From an uncultured Weeksellaceae bacterium (GTDB taxonomy: Bacteria; Bacteroidota; Bacteroidia; Flavobacteriales; BACL11), in the NCBI GenBank assembly GCA_964478325.1, contig CAYZIA010000001.1, forward strand, positions 1 through 60,157: DNA of 60,157 nucleotides, in the 5' to 3' direction. Numbering within the stretch: position 1 is the stretch's first letter; each line of letters opens with the position of its first letter. The translations under genes and the position numbers were made by a program. The notes under the pieces were generated by a model. The model was not told where the DNA came from. It saw only the letters and a list, made by a program, of their open reading frames with translations, and did no database searches. Shown here piece by piece: positions 36,582 to 46,599 of this stretch.

Positions 36582-38494
36582 TGCAATATTGCAAAAGTTT
36601 AAGCAATTATCTCAGGTTTAAAACTAGAGTTGTAAAGGTTGGTAATTTAGAAATAGGTGGAGATAATCCTATTGCTATTCAATCTATGACAATTACAGAT
36701 ACTATGGATACCATTGCTACTGTTGAAGAATCAATACGTATGATTGAGGCAGGTTGTGAATTAGTGCGTATCACTGCACCAAGTAAAAAGGAAGCCGAAA
36801 ATTTACAAAACATCAAAGATGAATTGAGAAAAAGAAGATATAATACTCCAATTGTTGCTGATATTCATTTCACGCCTAATGCGGCTGAAGTTGCAGCTCG
36901 TATTGTAGAAAAGGTAAGAATAAATCCTGGGAATTATGCTGACAAAAAGAAATTTGAAGAATTAGAATATACTGATGAAGGTTATATTTCGGAACTGGAA
37001 AGAATAAAAGAAAAATTCACTCCTCTTATAAGAATTTGTAAAGAGTATGGGACTGCTATGCGAATAGGAACAAATCATGGTTCTTTATCAGATAGAATTC
37101 TGAGTAGATATGGTGATACGCCAAAAGGCATGGTAGAATCTGCAATGGAGTTTCTACGTATTTGCCAGAGTGAAGATTATCATGACATTATTCTATCAAT
37201 GAAAGCATCTAACACCAGAGTTATGGTACAAGCATATCGTTTATTAGTCGCGGAGATGATAAAAGAAGGAATGAATTACCCTCTTCATTTAGGAGTAACG
37301 GAAGCGGGAGAAGGAGAAGATGGAAGAATAAAATCTGCAGTGGGAATTGGAACACTATTAGCAGACGGGATAGGGGATACAATTCGCGTTTCACTTACGG
37401 AAGCACCAGAATATGAAGTGCCAGTAGCACAAAATTTGTTAAAGCATTTTGAAGGGATTGCGGAGCATGATTCTATTGAGGAAATAACAAAAAACCCACT
37501 CCATTCTTTTGATTATAAAAGGAGAGAAACAAATGAAGTTCTAAATATTGGAGGAGGAAATGTCCCAATTGTTATGGCTGATTTCTGCTTAAAAGATAAT
37601 ATTTCTCCTGCATCATTTTTTGCTTTAGGAGCAAACTATTCTGTTCCATTAGATAAATGGCATATTACCGATACAGCAGTCGATTATGTTTTCGTAGGCG
37701 ATAATGATGTTGATTTTGAGGTTCCAGGAACTTTGGGGATTATTTATAACTATAATAAGTGGCAAGAACACAAAAAAGGGTATCCATTTTTAACTGTATC
37801 AAAATATTTGGAGGGATTAGATTTTTCAGATAAACTAAATTTAGTTTATGTCTGTCTTTCAGATTTAAATGAGGAACTCTTTGCTCGACTAAGAATGGAT
37901 GAAACAGCTGTTTTGTTAATTGACACCTATAACAGAAATGGAGTTTCTGAACAAAGAAGGATATTTGCCAAACTAATGAATTCAGGATTAAAAACTCCGA
38001 TTGTTATTGGGAGGGCTTATAAAAATTTACCAGAAGAGCAACTACAACTTTCTGCTGCTTCTGATTTTGGCGCGCTACTTTTAGACGGATTAGGAGATGG
38101 CATGTTTATTGCAGCAGAAAATTGCGGTTCCGACCAATCTGTTAATTCTTTAGCTTTTGGAATACTTCAGGCCAGTAGATGCAGAATTTCCAAAACAGAA
38201 TATATTTCTTGTCCAAGCTGTGGGAGGACTCTTTTTGATCTTCAAGAAACTACAGCCAAAATCAGGAAAGTTACTGATCACTTAAAGGGAGTAAAAATTG
38301 GAATTATGGGCTGTATAGTAAATGGACCAGGAGAAATGGCAGATGCCGATTATGGTTATGTGGGAACAGGCCCTGGGAAAGTCACTTTATATAAAGAACA
38401 AACAGTTGTGGAGAAAAATATTCCAGAAATAGAAGCTGTAACAGCCCTAATAAACCTTATTAAAAAACATGGAGATTGGGTAGAGAAGAATTAG
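36581..38494 (+). CDS. ispG: 4-hydroxy-3-methylbut-2-en-1-yl diphosphate synthase (long form)
   Basis: 637-aa ORF whose start overlaps the upstream stop by 1 nt (TAATG). IspG/GcpE blocks are present: IGGDNPIAIQSMT, ELVRITAP, PIVADIHF, RINPGN, MRIGTNHGSL and SCPSCGRT...GCIVNGPGE. The large central insertion is typical of the Bacteroidota/plant-type enzyme. Confidence 0.93.
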   Translation: MQYCKSLSNYLRFKTRVVKVGNLEIGGDNPIAIQSMTITDTMDTIATVEESIRMIEAGCELVRITAPSKKEAENLQNIKDELRKRRYNTPIVADIHFTPNAAEVAARIVEKVRINPGNYADKKKFEELEYTDEGYISELERIKEKFTPLIRICKEYGTAMRIGTNHGSLSDRILSRYGDTPKGMVESAMEFLRICQSEDYHDIILSMKASNTRVMVQAYRLLVAEMIKEGMNYPLHLGVTEAGEGEDGRIKSAVGIGTLLADGIGDTIRVSLTEAPEYEVPVAQNLLKHFEGIAEHDSIEEITKNPLHSFDYKRRETNEVLNIGGGNVPIVMADFCLKDNISPASFFALGANYSVPLDKWHITDTAVDYVFVGDNDVDFEVPGTLGIIYNYNKWQEHKKGYPFLTVSKYLEGLDFSDKLNLVYVCLSDLNEELFARLRMDETAVLLIDTYNRNGVSEQRRIFAKLMNSGLKTPIVIGRAYKNLPEEQLQLSAASDFGALLLDGLGDGMFIAAENCGSDQSVNSLAFGILQASRCRISKTEYISCPSCGRTLFDLQETTAKIRKVTDHLKGVKIGIMGCIVNGPGEMADADYGYVGTGPGKVTLYKEQTVVEKNIPEIEAVTALINLIKKHGDWVEKN

Positions 38495-38534
38495 CCTATC
38501 TATAATTTTTTTAATAGAGGGATATTTAAAGTAT

Positions 38535-39695
38535 TTAATAGATTTTTATTTTAGAGGCAACTTGTTTAGCTTTTTCTACTAATTGGGTGGTGTTTTCTTT
38601 TCCATAAGCTAAAGTCACTCCCATTCTTCTGTATTTTCTAGTTGTCGGTTTCCCAAACACTTTAAAGTCTGTATTTTCAAAGTTTGCGGCATTTTCTAAT
38701 CCTGTAATTTTAGGGAAATTACTATTTTCTTTATCTGCTAAGATAACTGCTGAGGCTCCATTTCTTACAAGTGGGATATCTAAAATAGGAATCCCTAAAA
38801 TGGCACGAGCATGCAACTCAAATTGTGTAAAATTTTGTGTTCCAGCAAGCGTTACCATGCCGGTATCATGTGGTCTTGGGGAGAGCTCCGAGAAATACAC
38901 GCCATCTTTTCCAATAAAAAATTCTACTCCCCAGATTCCGTTACCACCAAGGGCTTGCGTTACTTTATCAGCCATTTCTTGAGCAGTTTTCAAATGAGCA
39001 TATTCCATTTTCATTGGCTGCCAACTTTCTTGGTAATCTCCTCTTTCTTGCCTATGCCCGATTGGAGCACAAAAAAGTGTATTACCATTATTTTGGCTAA
39101 GAGTTAGAAGTGTAATTTCGTAATCAAAATCTACAAAGGATTCTACAATTACTTCCATCAAATCTCCTCTAGATCCTTCTATTGCGTAATCCCAAGCTTT
39201 TTCAATATCTGCTTCTGTTTTAATAACTGATTGCCCCTTCCCAGATGATGACATCAATGGTTTTACCACAGAAGGAATTCCTGTAAATTCTAGACCTTTT
39301 TTTAGTTCCTCATAGGAAGTAGCATATTTGTATTTTGCAGTTTTAATTCCTAAATCTATAGCTGCTAAATCACGAATTGCTTTTCTATTCATGGTAAAGT
39401 TAGCCGCTTTTGCAGATGGAATTACTGTAAATCCTTTCTTTTCATAATCGTAAAAACGTTCTGTCCTGATACTTTCAACTTCAGGCACAATAAAATCAGG
39501 ATTGTGTTTTGTGACAATTCTGTCTAGCTCATCACCATCAAGCATATTAATTACTTCAAATTCATGAGCTACTTGCATAGCAGGAGCATTTTGATAATTG
39601 TCTACTGCTATTACATATTGTCCTAATCTTTGCATTGCAATTACCACCTCTTTCCCTAGCTCTCCTGATCCTAAAAGCAATATCTTTTTTCTCAT
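38535..39695 (-). CDS. purT: formate-dependent phosphoribosylglycinamide formyltransferase
   Basis: 386-aa ATP-grasp [33 protein letters not shown] and [11 protein letters not shown] are typical PurT blocks. Confidence 0.9.
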   Translation of the reverse strand: MRKKILLLGSGELGKEVVIAMQRLGQYVIAVDNYQNAPAMQVAHEFEVINMLDGDELDRIVTKHNPDFIVPEVESIRTERFYDYEKKGFTVIPSAKAANFTMNRKAIRDLAAIDLGIKTAKYKYATSYEELKKGLEFTGIPSVVKPLMSSSGKGQSVIKTEADIEKAWDYAIEGSRGDLMEVIVESFVDFDYEITLLTLSQNNGNTLFCAPIGHRQERGDYQESWQPMKMEYAHLKTAQEMADKVTQALGGNGIWGVEFFIGKDGVYFSELSPRPHDTGMVTLAGTQNFTQFELHARAILGIPILDIPLVRNGASAVILADKENSNFPKITGLENAANFENTDFKVFGKPTTRKYRRMGVTLAYGKENTTQLVEKAKQVASKIKIY

Positions 39696-39696
39696 T

Positions 39697-40284
39697 TTAT
39701 AAATCTTTCATAAACATTTTAGCAATATATTTTCCTAAAGTATCAAACTCAATATTTACGGCATCACCAATTGTTATATTTTGAAAATTAGTATGTTCAA
39801 AAGTATAAGGAATAATTGCTACTGAAAAAGAAGTGTCCTTCGAATTAACAACTGTTAAGCTCACGCCATTTACACATACAGAGCCTTTTTCAACTGTTAT
39901 ATTATCTGATTGTTTGTGTTCAAAAGTAAAAAGATGTGAGCCATTTTCTTCTTTTATTTCTGTGCATATTGCCATTTGATCCACATGGCCTTGTACTATA
40001 TGCCCATCAAACCTACTTCCCATTTGCAAGCATCTTTCCAAATTTACTTTACTACCAACTTGGAACAAACCCAAATTAGATTTTTCCAAAGTTTCTTTAA
40101 TAGCAGTTACAGTATAATTATCTCCATCAATACTAACTATTGTAAGACATACTCCATTATGAGCCATTGATTGGTCAATCTTTAATTCTGAGGCAATAGT
40201 CGATTTTAACGAAATATGCAAATTACTTCCCTCTTTTTTCAATGCAACCACCTCAGCCAATTGTTCTATAATTCCTGTAAACAT
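39697..40284 (-). CDS. ribE: riboflavin synthase
   Basis: 195-aa ORF. It has [12 protein letters not shown] and duplicated lumazine-binding halves (GVCLTIV / GVSLTVV). Confidence 0.92.
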   Translation of the reverse strand: MFTGIIEQLAEVVALKKEGSNLHISLKSTIASELKIDQSMAHNGVCLTIVSIDGDNYTVTAIKETLEKSNLGLFQVGSKVNLERCLQMGSRFDGHIVQGHVDQMAICTEIKEENGSHLFTFEHKQSDNITVEKGSVCVNGVSLTVVNSKDTSFSVAIIPYTFEHTNFQNITIGDAVNIEFDTLGKYIAKMFMKDL

Positions 40285-42906
40285 TTAATTTACTTTTTTT
40301 GTATTGCTTCTTATTAAACTCACATTTCCTTTCAAACTACGAGAAAAAATTCCATTTAATTTTAGTTCATTTACTATGCAAACATAAAAATAAACTCCTT
40401 CACTGCAATTACTCTTTTTGCCTCTTTTCTTCCCATTCCAATTAATCTCTGACTCAGTAGTTTCAAAAACTATTTGCCCCCAACGATTAAATATTTTGAT
40501 ATCCACACTTTCAATGTGTTTGTTTTTAATGGGAATAAAAAAGTCATTCACATTATCTCCATTGGGCGAAAACACATTTGGCAACTCATATTCTGGGCAA
40601 TTTTCCACACAAATTTCGTTGCTAATAATACTTTCATTTCCAAAAGAATCAGTAGCAGTAACTACATAACAGCCAGCAATAGAATTTAAATTCTCATAAA
40701 AATAATAACTACTATCTGTTGTAGAAATCTGCTCTTTTCCATTAATATTTTGCAGATAAATAGTGTAAAACTCTGTATCCTCCAAGCAAATACTATCACT
40801 TTCAAAATAGAAATGGAGACTACTACTTTTACAATCTTCAGTCATAGAAACTTCAGGTGAGCAAGGAGGAGTGCTGTCAGAAGGGGAGGAACATAAATTA
40901 TTACTTAAGTTAATAATGGGACTTATAGTTTTGGTTCCAGAATATTGTCCAATGCCTTTTACAAAGTAGCAATATACCTCCCCATTTTTTAGTCCTTCAT
41001 CTAAAAAATAATTAGCTGTTGTTGTGGCAATCAAATTGTAATTTGTAGCATTAGGATTTTTTCGAAAAATAACAAAAGCGGTATCTTTCCAAGGAACGCT
41101 ACTTTCTAATATTAACCCAATAGAATTGTCCTGTGGACTCAGTGTTAGCCACTGAGAACTTGCAGAACTTTCGCCAATTAAATTTCCATCAAAAAGCTGA
41201 ATTTTATAAAAATATTGTCTATCATTTGCATATATTCCAGCATCAAAATAAGTAGTATCATTTATATCGATTGAGGTATAAACAGGATTAAAACTTTGTC
41301 CATCATCTGATCGAGAAAGCTCATAATAAGCGTTATTAGTAAAAGTTGCATCTTTGGGTTTACTCCAGGCTACATACATTCTGTTTATAGAATCTGGATG
41401 ATTTACACTTACATTGGTAATTAGGGGGCTAAAATTTAAAAGCTCAGCACACACCTCATCTGAGATGATGCTTTCAGCTCCATCTGGGAATTTTACCACA
41501 ATTCGATAGCAATAACTAACACCTTCATTAAGCCCATTATGATTGTTATCATCTATAAATATAGTATTATTAAAACCAAAAATTTCTGCAATTTGCTGAA
41601 ATCCAGTTTCACTCGGCACTCCAGTTGTGCAACTATCTAACCCTAAATTACTGACTCCATCTTTTCGGAAAACAAGGTAAGAAGTCGCATTGCTGCAAAT
41701 ACTTGCATCCCAAGAAATAGCTATGGCCTTTTGCATTTGCATCACACTATCTATTTTTAAATTTTCTACTTTTGGTGCAATTACTTTTATTTGTACTGAT
41801 TGCATAGAAGAAAGTGTCACTGCTGAATGTGATTGTTCTTTTACTTTTAGAACCAACTGATAAGGGCTTTTGCGCACATCAGAACAAAATACAGGAATAG
41901 TCAAGTTTGCAGAGATGCTTTGTGTATCTATAATTTCGGCAAAAGCAAACAGCCCAGAAGTACCACTCAATTTTATTTTTTGAAAGGCAGTATCTATTAG
42001 CGTACTTCCGAAAGGGATATTATTACTCCCCCAATAAATATTTCCGAAATTATCAGTAAAAATACTATCTTCATCCCAAGCTAAAATAGGGAAAGATAAA
42101 CTATCACCAGCAACTACACAAAAAGTATTTTCAACCTGAATTTTTGGAGGTGTATTGTTTATAGTGTTTGGGGCAACCGTAATTTGCATATCTCTTATGA
42201 TACTTCCAACTTTTATCCCATTTCGCCACTCTTCTATTAGAATTGCAATATTATATTCACCTATTATTGTTGGACTATCCCAAAGAAGATTTCCATTTAA
42301 ATCAATACTTAAACTATTGGATGCATCCGGCAATTGAAACCCTACAATATCATTTCCATTTTCACCTTTACAACTTATTAGGGAATAACCTAAACTATCA
42401 CCATCCATATCAAATGCAGAAGGATTATGAATAAAAGGAATGCCAACCATCGCCTTATCAATTGGCGAGTTGAGTAATATGGGAGAACTATTATTTCCAA
42501 TAAGTGGGTTTATCATCAGTATACTTTCCAAATAGAAAGATACATCTACTGAATTTGGGATATTCACTACCCCAGAATTTCTATTTGGATCTTCCATTGC
42601 TATAATATAAGTACCCACAGAGGGAAATGTATGTACACCTACATATTCGTTTCTTGAGATATTATTACCAACCAATGTTTCTGAAATTCTAGGGAAAGTA
42701 TCTTGTGTATTATCTGAAAACGAAAAGTATAATTCCGTTCTTTGTTGGTGAGCAAGGGTACTAGGGTCAGTAAAAGTAACTAAAGTAATTTCAAAAGTTA
42801 GTGGGTCAATTTGTTTGTAAGTTATTTCGCCAGCCCTATTATGGGTTGCCTTTAACTGTAGAGCAGAAAAACAAACTAAAAATAATATGAGTAACCTTCT
42901 CTTCAT
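40285..42906 (-). CDS. T9SS type B cargo protein (Ig/FN3-like repeats + gliding-motility-associated C-terminal domain)
   Basis: 873-aa ORF with a signal peptide, then ATHNRAGEITYKQ. Several FN3-like units are present (YLVFRKDG...YCYRIVV; YELSRSDDG...YFYKIQL; FVIFRKN...YCYFVKG). The C-terminus is ELPNVFSPNGDNVNDFF...IFNRWGQIVFE...WNGK...GNVSLIR. Confidence 0.85.
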   Translation of the reverse strand: MKRRLLILFLVCFSALQLKATHNRAGEITYKQIDPLTFEITLVTFTDPSTLAHQQRTELYFSFSDNTQDTFPRISETLVGNNISRNEYVGVHTFPSVGTYIIAMEDPNRNSGVVNIPNSVDVSFYLESILMINPLIGNNSSPILLNSPIDKAMVGIPFIHNPSAFDMDGDSLGYSLISCKGENGNDIVGFQLPDASNSLSIDLNGNLLWDSPTIIGEYNIAILIEEWRNGIKVGSIIRDMQITVAPNTINNTPPKIQVENTFCVVAGDSLSFPILAWDEDSIFTDNFGNIYWGSNNIPFGSTLIDTAFQKIKLSGTSGLFAFAEIIDTQSISANLTIPVFCSDVRKSPYQLVLKVKEQSHSAVTLSSMQSVQIKVIAPKVENLKIDSVMQMQKAIAISWDASICSNATSYLVFRKDGVSNLGLDSCTTGVPSETGFQQIAEIFGFNNTIFIDDNNHNGLNEGVSYCYRIVVKFPDGAESIISDEVCAELLNFSPLITNVSVNHPDSINRMYVAWSKPKDATFTNNAYYELSRSDDGQSFNPVYTSIDINDTTYFDAGIYANDRQYFYKIQLFDGNLIGESSASSQWLTLSPQDNSIGLILESSVPWKDTAFVIFRKNPNATNYNLIATTTANYFLDEGLKNGEVYCYFVKGIGQYSGTKTISPIINLSNNLCSSPSDSTPPCSPEVSMTEDCKSSSLHFYFESDSICLEDTEFYTIYLQNINGKEQISTTDSSYYFYENLNSIAGCYVVTATDSFGNESIISNEICVENCPEYELPNVFSPNGDNVNDFFIPIKNKHIESVDIKIFNRWGQIVFETTESEINWNGKKRGKKSNCSEGVYFYVCIVNELKLNGIFSRSLKGNVSLIRSNTKKVN

Positions 42907-44030
42907 TAATAGTCAATCTCTTGAATTTCCATTTGTTTTGGTTTACACCTGTTTTCATATATTTGATTCCTAAGTTGAGGAGTAAAACCTGCTTCTAATA
43001 TACAATTTTCAATACTTTCGGAAGTAAACCTATGAGGAGCGCCTGCTGCTGAAACTACATTTTCTTCAATCATAATTGACCCCATATCATTTGCTCCACC
43101 ATGTAAGGAAAGTTGAGCTGTTTTTGCTCCAACCGTTAGCCAAGAAGTTTGAATATTCTTGATATTAGGTAGCATAATTCTACAGATGGCAAGCATACGT
43201 AAATACTCATCAGGGGTGACATTATTATTAATCCCCTTTACTCTTTTAAGCAGGGTGCCATCATCCATAAATGTCCAGGGAATAAAAGCCAGAAAGCCAT
43301 TTTCCCCTTCTGGTTTTTGTGTTTGAACTTCTCTTATTCTTACTAAATGATCAAATCGTTCTTCAATAGTTTCAATATGCCCAAACATCATAGTTGCAGA
43401 AGTTGTAAAACCAATTCTATGTGCTACTTTCATAATATCTAACCACTCTTGCCCTGTACATTTTCCTTTGGAGATCAGTCGTCTGACCCTATCGCATAAG
43501 ATTTCAGCTCCGGCTCCTGGCATACTATCCATACCAGCTTCTTGAAGTGCAGTAAGTGTTTCAAGGTGAGTATACCCTCCTATTTTACAGATATGTGCAA
43601 CTTCTGGCGGGCCAAGTGCATGCAAGCGAATATTTGGATATAGCGATTTTAACTGTTTAAATAAATTACAGTAATAATCCAAGCCTAAATCAGGGTGATG
43701 TCCACCTTGTAATAATAGCTGATCGCCACCATATTTAATGGTTTCTTCAATTTTTGTTTTATATGTTTCAAGATCTGTTACATAAACTTCTTCATGCTTA
43801 GGATGCCGGAAAAAATTGCAAAACTTACAATTTGCTGTGCAAGCATTTGTTGTGTTGATATTCCTATCAATTTGCCAAGTCACTACATTTCCTGGCACAT
43901 GTATTTGGCGTAATTCATTTGCTACCCACATCAAGTCAGCAGTAGGAAGATGCTCAAATAGAAATTGCCCTTCTTCCTTACTTAAAAAATCTTTTTTTAA
44001 TACCTTTTTTATCAAATGGGTACTCTCCAT
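42906..44030 (-). CDS. CofH/MqnC/MqnE-family radical SAM enzyme (futalosine-pathway menaquinone biosynthesis-like)
   Basis: The track ORF extends to 44066. The ATG at 44030 (MESTHLIKKV) is the more likely start. It has the radical SAM cluster motif CTANCKFC and GGDQLLLQGGHHP, and overall resembles MqnC/MqnE/CofH. I cannot tell which member by eye. Confidence 0.7.
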   Translation of the reverse strand: MESTHLIKKVLKKDFLSKEEGQFLFEHLPTADLMWVANELRQIHVPGNVVTWQIDRNINTTNACTANCKFCNFFRHPKHEEVYVTDLETYKTKIEETIKYGGDQLLLQGGHHPDLGLDYYCNLFKQLKSLYPNIRLHALGPPEVAHICKIGGYTHLETLTALQEAGMDSMPGAGAEILCDRVRRLISKGKCTGQEWLDIMKVAHRIGFTTSATMMFGHIETIEERFDHLVRIREVQTQKPEGENGFLAFIPWTFMDDGTLLKRVKGINNNVTPDEYLRMLAICRIMLPNIKNIQTSWLTVGAKTAQLSLHGGANDMGSIMIEENVVSAAGAPHRFTSESIENCILEAGFTPQLRNQIYENRCKPKQMEIQEIDY

Positions 44031-44039
44031 AAAAATTAT

Positions 44040-44047
44040 TAATTTTG
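44040..44047 (+). promoter_or_regulatory. putative -7 promoter box (TAnnTTTG) upstream of pepA
   Basis: TAATTTTG lies 24 nt upstream of the ATG at 44072. Confidence 0.4.
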
Positions 44048-44071
44048 CTGGCTCAAAATTACACAATTTAT

Positions 44072-45490
44072 ATGAAGATGCTAATCAAAAAGAAGACAAC
44101 AATTTCGGATAAAGATAACCTGATACTTTTATGTGATATAAAAAGTAAATTATCAGGATTCAATCTATCTAAAAAAGAGTTAGAATACATTAAAAAGGAG
44201 CAAAAAGACGAGAAAGAAATTGTAGTAATAAATCATTACGGAAAATACATCATTGTCATACTCCCTAAAAAAGAGAAAGATAAGAACCAACATGCAGAAA
44301 ATTGCAGATTAATTGGCGATACTCTTGCTGGTAAATTAAAAGATGAAAAGTCCGCAATTATTGTTGATGTAAAAGGAAATCAGATTGAAGCAATGCAAAT
44401 TGCAGAAGGGATAGCGCTTTCAAATTACACATTTACAAAACACAAAACAGGAGGGAAAGCAAACAAATTAGAAACAATTTATTTATGTAAAGGTTCTAGC
44501 AAAAAGAATATTAAGGAATTACAAAATATTATTGATTCTGTTTATTTAACTAGAGATTTGGTAAATGAACCTTTTTCCCACCTAACAGCAAAAGATTTGT
44601 CAGAATCAGCAAAAAAGGTTGGGAAAGAATATGGCTTTAAAACCACCATATTTAATAAAAAGAAGATTGAATCATTAAAAATGGGGGGACTATTGGCAGT
44701 AAATAAAGGGAGTATTGATGAGCCTACTTTCACCATAATGGAATGGAACCCTAAAAATGCAAAAAACAAGAATCCTATCATCTTGATAGGGAAAGGCATT
44801 GTTTATGATACAGGAGGATTAAGTTTGAAACCGACTGCTAACTCTATGGATCTGATGAAAATTGATATGGGTGGAGCTGGCACTATAATTGGTGCAATGC
44901 AAGCAATCACATCTAACAATTTACCATATTATGTTATAGGTTTAGTTCCTGCTACAGATAATAGGCCTTCGGGCAATGCTTATGCTCCAGGAGACGTGAT
45001 CACAATGCATGATGGCACGACTGTTGAAGTGTTAAACACTGATGCTGAAGGGAGGTTAGTTCTTGCTGATGCGCTTAGTTTTGCAAAAAAATATAAGCCG
45101 GAATTAGTTATTGATTTAGCAACCTTAACAGGCGCTGCAGTTGCTGCAATTGGGCATTATGGTTTAGTAAGCATGCATGATGGAGCAATAAAAGACCATG
45201 AAAGACTTAAAGAAATAGGAGATATTGTGCATGAAAGACTTGCAGAGCTTCCCTTTTGGTCAGATTATGATGAGCTCATAAAATCAGACATTGCTGATAT
45301 TAAAAATTTAGGAGGTCCCTATGGTGGAGCAATTACTGCAGGTAAATTTTTAGCTCATTTTGCTGACTTTCCATTTATTCATATTGATTTGTCAGGAGTT
45401 TACTCAAAATCAAAATATGGCTACAGAGGTAAAGGAGCTACAGGAATGGGAGTGAGATTATTATACCAATTTATTAAAGACAGAGTGTGA
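44072..45490 (+). CDS. pepA: leucyl aminopeptidase (M17 family)
   Basis: The track ORF starts at 44045 (TTG). The ATG at 44072 (MKMLIKKK) is preferred. M17 motifs are present: GKGIVYDTGGLSLKP and NTDAEGRLVLADAL. Confidence 0.9.
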   Translation: MKMLIKKKTTISDKDNLILLCDIKSKLSGFNLSKKELEYIKKEQKDEKEIVVINHYGKYIIVILPKKEKDKNQHAENCRLIGDTLAGKLKDEKSAIIVDVKGNQIEAMQIAEGIALSNYTFTKHKTGGKANKLETIYLCKGSSKKNIKELQNIIDSVYLTRDLVNEPFSHLTAKDLSESAKKVGKEYGFKTTIFNKKKIESLKMGGLLAVNKGSIDEPTFTIMEWNPKNAKNKNPIILIGKGIVYDTGGLSLKPTANSMDLMKIDMGGAGTIIGAMQAITSNNLPYYVIGLVPATDNRPSGNAYAPGDVITMHDGTTVEVLNTDAEGRLVLADALSFAKKYKPELVIDLATLTGAAVAAIGHYGLVSMHDGAIKDHERLKEIGDIVHERLAELPFWSDYDELIKSDIADIKNLGGPYGGAITAGKFLAHFADFPFIHIDLSGVYSKSKYGYRGKGATGMGVRLLYQFIKDRV

Positions 45491-46554
45491 TGGTAAAAAT
45501 TAAGGTAGGTATTTCTATTGGCGATTTAAACGGAATTGGGATGGAAGTTATTATCAAAACTTTTTTAAATAGCAGAATGATGGATTTTTGTACACCCATT
45601 GTTTTCGGAGGTGTGAAAACGACTTCTTTCCACCGAAAATCTTTAGAAATAAAAGATTTTAGTTTTAATATCATAAATAAAATAAAAGATATAAATAGCA
45701 AAAGAGCAAACCTGTTAAATTGTTGGAATGAAGAGGTAGAAATCAAATTTGGCAAACCAACTGAAATTGCTGGAAAATATGCGTTTAAATCTTTAACAGA
45801 AGTTACAGATTCTTTAAAAAATGCAGAAATAGATGTTTTGGTTACTGCTCCAATTAATAAAGCAAATATTCAAAAAAATCAACCTGAATTTATTGGGCAT
45901 ACCGAGTTTTTAGGAGCACAATTTGAAGGAGATCAGCTAATGATAATGCTCTCTGATTCTATGAGAATAGCTTTTGTGACAGGGCATATTCCACTTTCCG
46001 AAGTGGCGGCTTCACTCTCTGAAAACAAAATATTTTCGAAAATTAAGCAATTATCACAATCTTTAATTCAGGATTTTGGGATTTCAAAACCAAAGATTGC
46101 AGTTATTGGGTTAAATCCTCATGCTGGAGAAGATGGTATGTTAGGAAAAGAGGAGAAAGAAATTATTTCTCCTGCTATCCAAAAAGCAAAACAGCAAAAT
46201 ATTTTAGTATTTGGCCCTTATTCTGCTGACAGCTTTTTCACTAAAGAGAATTTAAAAAATTTTGATGGTATTTTAGCTATGTATCATGATCAAGGTCTGA
46301 CACCTTTTAAAACTCTTTCTTTTTCAGAGGGGATTAATTATACTGCAGGGCTTTCGGTTATAAGGACTTCTCCTGTTCACGGAACTGCTTATGATATTGC
46401 GGGAAAGAATTGTGCAGATGAAAAATCATTTAGAAATGCAGTATATATGGCATGCGAGATTTATAAAAAAAGACAGGAATATAAAACTTTAACCAAAAAT
46501 CCTTTACAAGCTAAAAATCTTAAGAAAAAAACCGCTTTTCAGATCCGTAACTAA
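45487..46554 (+). CDS. pdxA: 4-hydroxythreonine-4-phosphate dehydrogenase
   Basis: 355-aa ORF starting at GTG 45487 or ATG 45490, overlapping the pepA stop. PdxA blocks are present: GDLNGIGMEVIIK, LVTAPINK, GHTEFL, GLNPHAGE and SPVHGTAYDIAGK. Confidence 0.9.
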   Translation: MMVKIKVGISIGDLNGIGMEVIIKTFLNSRMMDFCTPIVFGGVKTTSFHRKSLEIKDFSFNIINKIKDINSKRANLLNCWNEEVEIKFGKPTEIAGKYAFKSLTEVTDSLKNAEIDVLVTAPINKANIQKNQPEFIGHTEFLGAQFEGDQLMIMLSDSMRIAFVTGHIPLSEVAASLSENKIFSKIKQLSQSLIQDFGISKPKIAVIGLNPHAGEDGMLGKEEKEIISPAIQKAKQQNILVFGPYSADSFFTKENLKNFDGILAMYHDQGLTPFKTLSFSEGINYTAGLSVIRTSPVHGTAYDIAGKNCADEKSFRNAVYMACEIYKKRQEYKTLTKNPLQAKNLKKKTAFQIRN

Positions 46555-46567
46555 AAAAGAAAAGTAC

Positions 46568-46575
46568 TATCTTTG
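46568..46575 (+). promoter_or_regulatory. putative -7 promoter box (TAnnTTTG) upstream of yceD-rpmF
   Basis: TATCTTTG lies 24 nt upstream of the ATG at 46600. Confidence 0.45.
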
Positions 46576-46599
46576 CACTCCTTTTGAAGAAATAAAAAG

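Noticed and set aside
38495-38534. The spacer between convergent ispG and purT, examined for a terminator hairpin (cctatctat ... atagaggg).
   Set aside because: The inverted repeat is imperfect, with mismatches in the middle of the stem, and has no clear T-tract. That is not enough to call.
43893-43909. TGGCAC followed by TTTGGC, examined as a sigma-54 (-24/-12) promoter because rpoN is in the window.
   Set aside because: The spacing between the GG and GC elements is off by at least one nt from TGGCAC-N5-TTGC. The site lies inside the radical SAM CDS in antisense orientation. I saw no TGGCAC-N5-TTGC match in any intergenic spacer by eye.
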